A DNA stretch of 48,576 bases from Bdellovibrionota bacterium (GTDB lineage Bacteria > Bdellovibrionota_C > UBA2361), in the NCBI GenBank assembly GCA_044352465.1, contig JBILDU010000009.1, positions 1 to 48,576 of the forward strand. Reading direction: 5' to 3'. Below are positions 9,934 through 19,262 of this stretch, one piece after another. Within the stretch, counting starts at the first letter, position 1; each line of letters begins with the position of its first letter. The notes under the pieces were generated by a model. The model was not told the origin of the DNA and did no database searches. It was given only the letters and a program-made list of their open reading frames with translations. Position numbers and translations under genes: made by a program.

Positions 9934-10197
9934 CCGTCTTTGGTATCCCGACCACGCAGTTTTTCTACCTGAGAGTCGGCCGGGGGGCCGCCTGCCCGTT
10001 TTTTGTCTGCTTTGCCTTTGGACCCCATTCGACTGGCTTCGACCGGCGCTCGGTGTCCTTACCCACGGCGGAAGAGGCACGATGATTGATGAAAATACTC
10101 AACTACTTACCTTTGGGCAGGCTGCGAGGGGCCATTGAGGTGTGGCGTGAAAACGTGATTAAATAGAGGAAGATTCAGTTCATTAAGGAATCGACCT

Positions 10198-11136
10198 ATG
10201 GACGACGCGGTCAAAGTGCAGGAATTCGAGGCGCGCATTGCGCAGGGTGAATCGATCGAACCAAAAGATTGGATGCCCGAGCGATTCCGCAAACAACTCA
10301 TCCGCATGATCTCGCAACACGCACACTCCGAGATCGTTGGGATGTTACCGGAAGGGAACTGGATCACCCGCGCCCCCTCGCTTCGCCGGAAAATGGTGTT
10401 GCTGGCCAAGGTTCAAGACGAGGCCGGACACGGGCTGTATCTTTATTGTGCGGCCGAGACGCTCGGTGCTGATAGAAGCGAGCTCATCGATGACCTCCTC
10501 TCGGGCAAGGCGAAGTACTCCAGCATATTCAATTACCCCACCCTCTCGTGGGCTGATATGGGGGTAATCGGATGGTTTGTTGACGGTGCGGCGATCGTCA
10601 ACCAAACAACGCTCGCGAAAACCTCGTACGGACCGTATGCCCGCGCCATGCTGCGGATCTGCAAAGAAGAGAACTTCCACAAGCGGCAAGGATTCGAAAG
10701 CGTCGCCACTCTCGCCCGTGGGACCCCCGCTCAAAAGGCGATGGTACAGGATGCGGTGAATCGTTGGTGGTGGCCTTCGCTCATGATGTTCGGGCCAAAC
10801 GATAAGGACTCACCGAACTCTCAAGAGCTTCTGAAATGGAAGGTTAAACGTCGCTCGAACGATGAACTGAGACAACGGTTCATCGATCTCACGGTCCCCC
10901 AGGTTCGCGCCGTCGGGCTAACCATCCCTGACCCCGATCTGAAATTCAATGCGGAGACGGGACACTGGGAATTCGGTCAGATTAATTGGGATGAGTTCAA
11001 CGCGGTTATTAACGGCAACGGGCCGTGCAACCGCGAACGTCTGCGGGCACGCCGCAAAGCACACGAGGACGGGGCGTGGGTCCGCGCAGCAGCCGCGGCG
11101 TATGCGGAGAGGTCTTCCGCCCGCTCAGCCGCTTAA
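10198..11136 (+). CDS. paaA: Phenylacetyl-CoA 1,2-epoxidase subunit A
   Basis: [52 protein letters not shown] and CKEENFH (di-iron ligands). Confidence 0.97.
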   Translation: MDDAVKVQEFEARIAQGESIEPKDWMPERFRKQLIRMISQHAHSEIVGMLPEGNWITRAPSLRRKMVLLAKVQDEAGHGLYLYCAAETLGADRSELIDDLLSGKAKYSSIFNYPTLSWADMGVIGWFVDGAAIVNQTTLAKTSYGPYARAMLRICKEENFHKRQGFESVATLARGTPAQKAMVQDAVNRWWWPSLMMFGPNDKDSPNSQELLKWKVKRRSNDELRQRFIDLTVPQVRAVGLTIPDPDLKFNAETGHWEFGQINWDEFNAVINGNGPCNRERLRARRKAHEDGAWVRAAAAAYAERSSARSAA

Positions 11137-11160
11137 GTTCGTACTCCGCAAAGGTACACG

Positions 11161-11463
11161 ATGAGCCAAAAGACAAACGATGTGAGCCAAGGTCCACTCT
11201 GGGAGGTTTTTGTCCAGAACGACCCGCCGAAACCCCACGAGCATGCGGGAAGTCTCCACGCCCCCGATGCCGAAATGGCGCTCCAAGCCGCGCGTGATGT
11301 TTACTCACGTCGAGGCGAGGTCAAAAGCCTCTGGGTGGTACCGGCAAGTGCGATTACCGCTTCGACGCCGAGCGAAAATGGTTCTTTCTTTGATCCGTCG
11401 AACGACAAGGTGTATCGCCATCCCCTCTTTTACAAAGTCCCTCGCGGGATGAAGGGTTTTTAG
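11161..11463 (+). CDS. paaB: Phenylacetyl-CoA epoxidase subunit B
   Basis: PLWEVFV, HAGSLHAPDAEMAL..ARDVYSRRGE, SLWVV and KVYRHP. Confidence 0.96.
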   Translation: MSQKTNDVSQGPLWEVFVQNDPPKPHEHAGSLHAPDAEMALQAARDVYSRRGEVKSLWVVPASAITASTPSENGSFFDPSNDKVYRHPLFYKVPRGMKGF

Positions 11464-11537
11464 CTTTGCAGTAACCTCTGGCGTGCGCCGGTTGCCCTGC
11501 GCCCCTGATAACGGCTGATTTTGAGAGCGTCTCACCG

Positions 11538-12383
11538 ATGGACACCGAAAATGAACTCGAGGTAAATCTCGACCCGATTGAGAGCGACGCGAAGCCGAAA
11601 ACAAACCCAGCGGCGCACCTCTCCCCCGAGATTCAACGCGCCCTATTTGAATACATCGTGAGACTCGGCGACGATCGCCTCATCCTCGGGCACCGACTCT
11701 CCGAGTGGTGTGGCCACGCTCCGATCCTCGAAGAGGATATCGCCCTGGCCAACATGGCACTCGACCTCATCGGGCAAGCCAGCGCGTTCTTAGAACTGGC
11801 CGGTCGAATCGAGGGAGCCGGCCGCTCCGAGGACGACCTCGCCTACTTTAGGGAAGCGGTGGAGTTTCGAAACCTTCTTCTGCTGGAGCAGCCCCGCGGC
11901 GACTTCGCCTACACAATCTTACGCCAGTTTTTCTTCGCCGCGTTGAGCCTCCCCATGCTCGAGACCCTCGGAAAGAGCGCGCTTCCTGAGCTTGCGGCGC
12001 TCGCGGCCAAATCTCTGAAAGAAAGTCGCTATCATCTCCGCCACAGCGCCGAATGGGTGCGTCGACTCGGCCTCGGCACAGAGGAGAGCCGCGCCCGACT
12101 CCAAACCGCCCTCGAGGAACTGTGGATCTTCACCGCGGAGATGTTCGACACCGATCAGGTTGAGACCACCCTGGCTGCCGAGAGATTTATCGGAACAAGC
12201 GCGGACTGTCGGACCCCCTGGGAAGCAATGGTGCTCCCTCTCCTCAAAGAAGCTGGCCTCACTATCCCCACCGACGCCCCTGCCGCGCGGGGAGGTCGCA
12301 CCGGAAAGCACAGCGAATTCTTGGGATTCCTACTCGCTGAGATGCAGATCGTGGCGCGTTCTCACCCCGGAGCCACATGGTAA
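11538..12383 (+). CDS. paaC: Phenylacetyl-CoA epoxidase subunit C
   Basis: LGDDRLILGHRLSEWCGHAPILEEDIALAN, KESRYH, RLGLGTEES and C-terminal HPGATW. Confidence 0.96.
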   Translation: MDTENELEVNLDPIESDAKPKTNPAAHLSPEIQRALFEYIVRLGDDRLILGHRLSEWCGHAPILEEDIALANMALDLIGQASAFLELAGRIEGAGRSEDDLAYFREAVEFRNLLLLEQPRGDFAYTILRQFFFAALSLPMLETLGKSALPELAALAAKSLKESRYHLRHSAEWVRRLGLGTEESRARLQTALEELWIFTAEMFDTDQVETTLAAERFIGTSADCRTPWEAMVLPLLKEAGLTIPTDAPAARGGRTGKHSEFLGFLLAEMQIVARSHPGATW

Positions 12384-12868
12384 CAGCATCGATCGACCCG
12401 AAATTGCTCCCTTTTCTCCTTGAGGTAAAGGACCCCGAGATCCCTGTCTTGAACGTGATCGAGATGGGCATCGTCCGGAGCGCCGAGCTCACCGGTGACA
12501 CGGCTCGGGTGACCATAACTCCGACCTACTCGGGGTGTCCGGCGATGCACGAAATCGAGACCGATATCAGACGGGGCCTTGAGAAGCACGGTATCAAAGC
12601 GGTGACGGTCGAGCTTGTGCACTCTCCGGCCTGGACGACCGACTGGCTCTCCATCGAAGCAAAAGAAAAACTGCGTGCCTACGGGATAGCTCCCCCAGGT
12701 GCCCCTGCCGATGCGCTGGTGTCGATCGGGACCCGCGAGTCCACCCCGTGCCCTTATTGCGGCTCGAAAAACACCTCGCTCCGCAGCGAATTCGGCTCTA
12801 CCGCGTGCAAAAGCCTCCACTTTTGTAACGGCTGTCGACAACCTTTTGAACAGTTCAAGGCGTTTTGA
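12377..12868 (+). CDS. paaD: Phenylacetyl-CoA epoxidase subunit D
   Basis: VKDPEIP, TPTYSGCPAM, WTTDW, YGIAPP, CPYCGS, FGSTACK and C..CRQPFEQFK. Overlaps the end of paaC. Confidence 0.96.
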   Translation: MVTASIDPKLLPFLLEVKDPEIPVLNVIEMGIVRSAELTGDTARVTITPTYSGCPAMHEIETDIRRGLEKHGIKAVTVELVHSPAWTTDWLSIEAKEKLRAYGIAPPGAPADALVSIGTRESTPCPYCGSKNTSLRSEFGSTACKSLHFCNGCRQPFEQFKAF

Positions 12869-13095
12869 TTCCCTTACGGGCCTAAGCTTGCACCTGCCAG
12901 CTCCCCCCGAACCCGTTGAATTCATTCAGAGGCCCTCAGAAAATCCCCAGCAGAGCGCATTTTTATGCATCAGACCTGGGCCAAACTTACATAACCATTT
13001 CTTAGAGATTATACTCCTCTTCGGAAGTGTGTTTGAAACGCGCCGCAGCGCGACAAAGTGACCTACCGAGAGTACCGTCGTTTACGGAGTAAGTT

Positions 13096-13605
13096 ATGGG
13101 TTCGAATGTGCGTCGATCGATAGTATTAGCAACCATCTTGTCTTTCGTGTGTGTCGAGGCAGCTCTCGCTCAATCATCCCCCACCTGTCCAAGCCTCCCG
13201 TCATTGCAGAAGCGGATCGATCGACAGCAGGGAAAGGTCGACAAAGCGGAGCAAAAGCTCGCGAAGTACGACACGGCGACTGACAACCGGAAACTCAGCT
13301 ATGAAAATCGCGCCGCTAATTTTCAGGCCCGGCGACAGGAGTACATCGAGAACTACCAAGAGAATTGCTACCTCGGTGGATTTTTAGGTGGTGGCAACGT
13401 TGGAAAGTGTATCTCCAAGAATAAGGCGCTCGCGGACAAGATGAAGTTTCAAAGAGACAGAGTTCTCACTTTACTACAAAGCTTCACAACGAAACGAGCA
13501 GCTGGTCGAGCGCCGCTCGTAACGCGGGTGAATCAAGAGACGCAACGGCTCAACGATCTGCAGCAGCAATATAACACCTGCTCAGGAAGTGGTAACGCTC
13601 CGTAA
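13096..13605 (+). CDS. Secreted basic helical hypothetical protein
   Basis: Signal peptide ending ALA-Q, K/R/Q-rich coiled-coil character, four Cys in the mature part, GGAG RBS. Confidence 0.75.
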   Translation: MGSNVRRSIVLATILSFVCVEAALAQSSPTCPSLPSLQKRIDRQQGKVDKAEQKLAKYDTATDNRKLSYENRAANFQARRQEYIENYQENCYLGGFLGGGNVGKCISKNKALADKMKFQRDRVLTLLQSFTTKRAAGRAPLVTRVNQETQRLNDLQQQYNTCSGSGNAP

Positions 13606-13623
13606 GGACCGGGCTCTTGTAGT

Positions 13624-13665
13624 CCCGCGCGAGACTTGGCGATGCGATCGTCGAGCTCTCGCGGG
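13624..13665. other. Intergenic GC-rich stem-loop (~18 bp, with G-U pairs)
   Basis: CCCGCGCGAGACTTGGCGAT-GCG-ATCGTCGAGCTCTCGCGGG, with outer pairing CTCTTG/CAAGAG. Confidence 0.4.
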
Positions 13666-13746
13666 GAGGTCACCGCTTCGAGCAAGAGGGATTTCGAGAT
13701 TAGAGGTGACTGTACTCAAGAGACTCTACGGATGGAGTAAGGTTGT

Positions 13747-16020
13747 ATGAATATTCGAGCCCTCCTAAGCCTCCTCCTTATCGGATTTTTCAGTGTTCTG
13801 CCGTTCTCAGTCTCAGCCCAGACGATTCCCGTCCTAGAAACGTATCGGCTCCTAAAAATCAGCGGCTCGCTCCGACTTGCCTGCTATGTGCAGGGCACAA
13901 ACCTCCTTATCGGCCGTACGATCCCGTCGACGAACTCCGGAACCGGACTTCCGATGGACATCTTTGAGGTGCGCGGAGCCGATTGGGTTCGCAATTTACG
14001 GGCAGTAGAGGCGCGGGAGTTGCGCGAGCTCCGCACGGCACTCAATCGGGCAACCGGTTCGCGGCGAGCGCGTCTCCAACAAGAGCTTCGGGTCGCCACC
14101 CGCAATTATCAGAAGGTCAACAACCAGACGAACGCCGTACTCGGGCCACCGTGCCTCAACCACCATGCCTGGGTCGTGGGGATGACCGCTCCGGCACCAA
14201 CCCCCACCCTGACCCCAACGCCCACCGACGACCCCGACCAGGACCTCCTCGATCTCGATGAGAATATATTCCGGCCAACGATCCGCGACCCGCACGGGCT
14301 GGCTCTTATCTCCCCTCGGCAAGATACCACGCTCTTATTCGTCGATTCCTTTAGCGGCAACGACACAAGCAATAACGGGTTTACCGATGATGCCCCGTTT
14401 CGAACCGTTGCCCGAGCACTTCAGTATCTCAACACGATCGCGGTGAGCGGTCGGGTGAACGCACAAGTTTTCCTCAAAAGGGGCGGTACCTACGCCATCG
14501 GTGAACTCATCCTGAGCGGTAAAGACCATGAGAACCCGCTCCTGTTCGGAGCGTACGGAGATTTGACCGCCCCGCGTCCCCGGATGTCTCCAGTTAATAT
14601 CACCGGAAACGTCTCCAACTTGGCTTTCTCCGACCTCCTCTTCGAGGCACCGATCCCTGGTTCCGGCACGGCCTTTAACGTGAGCGGCATGGTCGTCAAC
14701 CTCCTTATCCAAAACTCACGGATCGTAGGATTCCGCAACGGAATCGTCGTTGAGGGCAGCAACCAGTCACGTGACATTTCTATCTATCGCAATATCATCA
14801 CCGAGCTCTCGAGCTTGGAGGGCCCTTCCTACGGGGTAAGACTCGACAATATCTTTCGGGCGATCGTCTCGAGCAACGTGCTTGACCGGATCGGCGAAAG
14901 CACCACTCCCGGGTTCGTTCCGGCTGAGGAAAGCACGGCGATTTCGGTGACGAACTCACTCATCGGGGGTGTCGTTCGAGGCAACCAAATATTCCGGTCC
15001 CCAACCGCGATCACCTTAGTGAGCAACTCCGAGGCGGCGATGGCACACGTCCACGCCAACGCGATAGTCCGAAGTGGCGTCGCTGGCACGATCGAGAGCC
15101 GTGGGGTGTATCTCGGAGAAAACGTGGTTATCGAGGGGACCGATGTTGGACCGCTCAATCGAGGCCGCGGATTCCACATTCGAAACGGCATGGCCGTGCA
15201 GGTCTACCGCAACATCGTGGCCAACACGGTGAGTTCGACCGTTCCCGAAGATTATGCACTGAAGTTTAGCGGTGCGGCCCACTTCGGCTTCTACGACGTG
15301 GCCGGTCTCGATATCTATAACGCCGCAGATCTTCACGTCGGCGGTTTTAGCTGGGATTCGGACAAGACACCGAACACCCTCGCCTTTAAAGATTCGGCGA
15401 TTCAAAACAATCGGAGCGACGGGGCAAATGAGCCGCTCGTGACCTTGCAGGGGCGTCCCCAATCCGTTGTCAAAAGCGCCTTTCGTCGCCTGCGCCTCAA
15501 CAACTCAACCGATCCCAGCGAGCGGTTCTATCGCATCGTCGAGGAGGGCTCGATCACCCGAGTCAACCGGCTACAACGACGGACGCTCTGGCGGTGGTAT
15601 TGTTACGGACTCGAGCTCGTGGTCTCTCCGAATCTCCGGAAGCAAACGAACAACTGGTACTCTGGATTTGAGATACATCAAGGCGTCGTCAACACTGCCA
15701 GCCGCTCGATTAGACCCAATCGCTTCCGCTTTAATCGCTGTTTGAATGGTTACCGCACCGGCCCGTACACCGCTCAGCAACGGGTCAATCGAACGAAGTG
15801 GGTAGAGTACGCGGATGACCAAGGTACGGTTCATGCACCGACAACCTACCAAGATCCAAGCCGCACCCCCGGTCAAATGCTCGCAGCGAATTCGTTGCCG
15901 GGAGCCTCGCTCGATCAGTTCATCGCTTATGTGACCACGCGCGATCGAGGCAACTTTGATTACCGGTTTATTGGCCAACGGCTCTCGCAGTGGATCCGCG
16001 TCGGTTTCAATAGGCAGTAG
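13747..16020 (+). CDS. Secreted right-handed parallel beta-helix protein, paralog 1
   Basis: Signal peptide (VSA-Q), Pro/Thr linker, FVDS.SGND.NNG...APFRT, LKRGGTY, GAYG..PRP, and repeated I.I.N/YRN.I beta-helix rungs. Confidence 0.75.
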   Translation: MNIRALLSLLLIGFFSVLPFSVSAQTIPVLETYRLLKISGSLRLACYVQGTNLLIGRTIPSTNSGTGLPMDIFEVRGADWVRNLRAVEARELRELRTALNRATGSRRARLQQELRVATRNYQKVNNQTNAVLGPPCLNHHAWVVGMTAPAPTPTLTPTPTDDPDQDLLDLDENIFRPTIRDPHGLALISPRQDTTLLFVDSFSGNDTSNNGFTDDAPFRTVARALQYLNTIAVSGRVNAQVFLKRGGTYAIGELILSGKDHENPLLFGAYGDLTAPRPRMSPVNITGNVSNLAFSDLLFEAPIPGSGTAFNVSGMVVNLLIQNSRIVGFRNGIVVEGSNQSRDISIYRNIITELSSLEGPSYGVRLDNIFRAIVSSNVLDRIGESTTPGFVPAEESTAISVTNSLIGGVVRGNQIFRSPTAITLVSNSEAAMAHVHANAIVRSGVAGTIESRGVYLGENVVIEGTDVGPLNRGRGFHIRNGMAVQVYRNIVANTVSSTVPEDYALKFSGAAHFGFYDVAGLDIYNAADLHVGGFSWDSDKTPNTLAFKDSAIQNNRSDGANEPLVTLQGRPQSVVKSAFRRLRLNNSTDPSERFYRIVEEGSITRVNRLQRRTLWRWYCYGLELVVSPNLRKQTNNWYSGFEIHQGVVNTASRSIRPNRFRFNRCLNGYRTGPYTAQQRVNRTKWVEYADDQGTVHAPTTYQDPSRTPGQMLAANSLPGASLDQFIAYVTTRDRGNFDYRFIGQRLSQWIRVGFNRQ
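14185..14226 (+). repeat. Pro/Thr-rich low-complexity linker (TAPAPTPTLTPTPT)
   Basis: Degenerate ACC/CC repeats seen in the sequence and translation. Confidence 0.7.
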
Positions 16021-16255
16021 CTACGGCGGAACTACATCTTCGGTGACACTGGGGAGGTGCCTTCGCCCTTTCTCCTGGCACAGCACTTGCAGCTACCCTG
16101 ATGGGATAGTTTGACGTTCTTTTCAGCGCTACCGTTACCGATACGGGTGAGGGCTTTCTAGGCTCGGGGAACCACCTGTTGCTACGCTACATCTTTTGAT
16201 GAGGGAGGGTGTTGCGCTCCGGGTTGCGCAGCGTTTCTCTCGAGAGGCCGCGGGA

Positions 16256-16318
16256 ACTAGTCCTTCGACCAATAAGTTTTTTCACTCCCGCGGAGTGAAA
16301 AACTAACTCAGGACTAGT
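16256..16318. other. Long intergenic stem-loop
   Basis: Outer stem ACTAGTCCT/AGGACTAGT (9 bp, perfect). Inner stem TTTTTCACTCC-CGC-GGAGTGAAAAA (11 bp, perfect). Confidence 0.55.
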
Positions 16319-16505
16319 GGTGAGCATAAATTCTATTACCTTGCAGGTGAAAGAATTTAATGGTCGAACCACTAGCCGGAAAGCTATTGCGGTAGTCGCG
16401 CTTTCCTCCAGCAAACAAAACGCAGTCAAGCTTATCCAGCTGCTCCTCGCTGCTCCGGAGGCGATGGGCGGCCACGGGGAAGGGTTTGGGTGACTTTGGG
16501 TTTGT

Positions 16506-19181
16506 ATGAAATTTGGTCTACTTTTCGTTCGATCGTTACTCATCGCGACTCTCGCTGTCGTGACCCAGGCCGTCCTCATGCAACCGGCCCACGCCCAGTC
16601 GATCGAGGTAAATATCCTCAACCGCCATACCTTTCTCATCATCAAAGGGTCACTCGGCCTGGCGTGCCACCGTCCCACCGGCTCAACTGAGACGCTCTAC
16701 GGAGAGATCGATACCGTTCTGGGAGCGAGCGGGGTCAGCCAACAGGTCTTCACCAGTCGTGGACGAAACTGGGTGCGGCAGCTCCAACGCAAATACAACG
16801 ATCAAATTCGCACCCTGCGCCGCCGTCTCGAGCGTGAGCGGGATCGAGATGCGAGTCGCGCTCTGATCAATCAGATTAAAGCAAAGCTGAAGCAACGATT
16901 GAGCGCGCTCAAACAGGCCCGATCCGCGCTTAACGGCTGCCAGAAATTCACCCCGGGTGCTCCCGCTATTCCCCAAGTCCCCCCTCCGGTTGAAGAGGAG
17001 GATTTAGAGGAGGAGCTGACGTTCGAGGACTCCCCATTTCCGCAGCTCCCACGGAACCTCGACGGTACGGTCAAGCTCGACCCAAGTGAATTAAGCATCG
17101 TGTTCTATGTTTCGTACCGGGGCAACGATGCCGATAACGGTCTTTCGCCGGAGGGTGCCGTGCGCACGTTTGCGCGGGCGTGGCAGCTCCTCACTCAAGC
17201 GAGTAGCCACGGCGTTACCGCACATCAGATCCGCTTTGAGCGGGGTGGAATCTATAACGACCAGCTTGCCTTCATGAGTGGATGGAGTTCGAGGGTTCCC
17301 TTTGTGATTGGGGACTACGGGCCAACCAACCTTCCTCGGCCCATCATGACTCAACCGGTGCAGATAAGTGGCACCCTTAAAAATATCGCCCTCACCGGCC
17401 TCGATTTTTATAATCCCGCGCGCGATCCATTTGCACCGACTTTCAATCCAGGCTCACCCGACCTGGTGGCGATTCGAATCAACGGCGGCGTAAGTCGGAT
17501 CCTCATTCAACTTTCGAATATCCGCTCCTATACGAATGGGATATTTATCACCGGTGCCGGCGACTCAGGCGCTCAACTGGCTCGTCGGGTGGCCTCAATC
17601 CGAAATAATTTTCTCGACCTCTACAACCTTCAGGAAGAGGTATCAGGGAACCGTGGACTGACATCGATGTTTTGGCTCAACGACACAGTCCCGGGAGGTA
17701 TGAACCGTTTTACACTGGGGATCTACGCTAAGAATGTGAACGGGCTGAATATCACCGGCTCCATGTTTGCTCGAATCGGGACGCCGTTAGGACTCTCCTC
17801 GGAGCAGGGGAACAGCGGTCAAAGTGGACTCCCGGTTATTACGCCCGATACGAAGGCCTACAGCGTTTTCGTTGACCGTAAAGCAGACAGTTACGTCGTT
17901 GTTCGGGATAGCCAATTTATTGATGGTATCCACGCCATTGGCGTGAAGGGTTTTACCTATGATCAGTTCAATCAGCTTGAGGCCCAACTCGGCACGGTCG
18001 AGATCTATTCCAACGTTTTTTATCGGATGAATCACGCTGTCCTTACGTGGAGTCCGTCGGTCACTCTATTCGACAACGCTGTCGTTCAACCCGTGCGTCG
18101 CCAACTAAACCCCTACGTCTCAGCGTTCCAATTAGTTGACGCATCAGCCCTCGATGTTTATCGAAACGTCTTCATGAACTCGTTGAGCGACAACCACGGG
18201 AAGGACCGTGGAATCTCTATCTGGGGGCACGCCGACTTTGCCTACCATAAGGTTTTCCAAAACAAGTTCTTCAATTTCGTCGGTGAGATTATCTACGGCA
18301 AACTAGAGTGGTACGACACCCTCTGGGTCGACGGCCCATTCGGTCCTCGCCAGATCCCCTTCAGCCAGGGCCCCGAGTCGATTACCATCCGTGATAACAT
18401 CATCATGAGTTCGAATACCCACCAGGCTCTCGTCGAAGTGAACGAGAGAGACCGCGGGATCGATCACATGGTATTTCGAAACAATACGCTGTGGAATCCG
18501 TATGCACCGCAAGGGCGCTTATGGGCTACTGAGGAGCACGGTACCATCACGGCTCTGCAAAATGTCTATGAAGACCCCCCCGCGGTATGCGAGGACCCCC
18601 TCCACCAGCTTCTCTGCGATGTTAATCCGTTCCACCCGAATTGTGAGCCATGCTTGAATCCGGTGTGCCTCTACAAGGAGGTCACCCGCTCTCCAAACAT
18701 GCGAATGACCCAGGCGAACTGGTATCCGGGTGTCGGTGCTGGATTAATCGTATCTGGGGGCGCCGGTTACAACATTGTTGGATCGTGGGGACCCAGTCGA
18801 ATCGGCATTCCGTGTGACAGCCCGGTAACTGTTGGTATGACTCATTACCTCAACACGCTCCTCACGTTGCCTCAGTGGCTTCAGTTTATAAATCGTAACG
18901 GACCGAATGAGCTACCGCCTGGAACCGCCAACGGTCTGCGCATCGCGCCGACGAGCTTCAGCGACCCGGAGCGGACTATCGCCACCTTCTTGGCCACCAA
19001 CAACATCCAGGTCCGGGATGAAAATGGCCTCCGGCCAGCCACCACCTTGGACGACTACGTCGACTACGTCGCTAATTTCTGGCGACACACCCCGAACGAA
19101 GAGGTCAGCCTTGACCCCCGCACCTGGGGCAAAAACGTAGAGATCTACTTCGCGGGTGGACTCAACATCCTCGCACCGTAG
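16506..19181 (+). CDS. Secreted right-handed parallel beta-helix protein, paralog 2
   Basis: Signal peptide (AHA-Q), FYVSYRGNDADNGLSPEGAVRT, FERGGIY, GDYG..PRP and beta-helix rungs. Colinear with 13747..16020. Confidence 0.75.
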   Translation: MKFGLLFVRSLLIATLAVVTQAVLMQPAHAQSIEVNILNRHTFLIIKGSLGLACHRPTGSTETLYGEIDTVLGASGVSQQVFTSRGRNWVRQLQRKYNDQIRTLRRRLERERDRDASRALINQIKAKLKQRLSALKQARSALNGCQKFTPGAPAIPQVPPPVEEEDLEEELTFEDSPFPQLPRNLDGTVKLDPSELSIVFYVSYRGNDADNGLSPEGAVRTFARAWQLLTQASSHGVTAHQIRFERGGIYNDQLAFMSGWSSRVPFVIGDYGPTNLPRPIMTQPVQISGTLKNIALTGLDFYNPARDPFAPTFNPGSPDLVAIRINGGVSRILIQLSNIRSYTNGIFITGAGDSGAQLARRVASIRNNFLDLYNLQEEVSGNRGLTSMFWLNDTVPGGMNRFTLGIYAKNVNGLNITGSMFARIGTPLGLSSEQGNSGQSGLPVITPDTKAYSVFVDRKADSYVVVRDSQFIDGIHAIGVKGFTYDQFNQLEAQLGTVEIYSNVFYRMNHAVLTWSPSVTLFDNAVVQPVRRQLNPYVSAFQLVDASALDVYRNVFMNSLSDNHGKDRGISIWGHADFAYHKVFQNKFFNFVGEIIYGKLEWYDTLWVDGPFGPRQIPFSQGPESITIRDNIIMSSNTHQALVEVNERDRGIDHMVFRNNTLWNPYAPQGRLWATEEHGTITALQNVYEDPPAVCEDPLHQLLCDVNPFHPNCEPCLNPVCLYKEVTRSPNMRMTQANWYPGVGAGLIVSGGAGYNIVGSWGPSRIGIPCDSPVTVGMTHYLNTLLTLPQWLQFINRNGPNELPPGTANGLRIAPTSFSDPERTIATFLATNNIQVRDENGLRPATTLDDYVDYVANFWRHTPNEEVSLDPRTWGKNVEIYFAGGLNILAP

Positions 19182-19187
19182 GTACTT

Positions 19188-19252
19188 GGGGTGGACTCAC
19201 ACCGATCCTCGAAAGCGCAGGGGAATCCGGCTCTTCGAATTGGTGCCACCCC
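19188..19252. terminator. Long imperfect hairpin between convergent genes
   Basis: Nested stems GGGGTGG/CCACCCC, CACCGAT/ATTGGTG and TCGAA/TTCGA fill most of the 81-bp gap. Confidence 0.4.
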
Positions 19253-19262
19253 GCCCGGCCCA

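Noticed and set aside
10042..10054. ACCGGCGCTCGGT upstream of paaA as a further PaaR site
   Set aside because: The spacer is one base short and there is a mismatch. Too weak in GC-rich DNA.
19188..19256. tRNA-like appearance (7-bp GGGGTGG/CCACCCC stem and TTCGAAT)
   Set aside because: The bases flanking TTCGAAT do not form a T-stem, and there are no D or anticodon arms. It folds better as one long hairpin.
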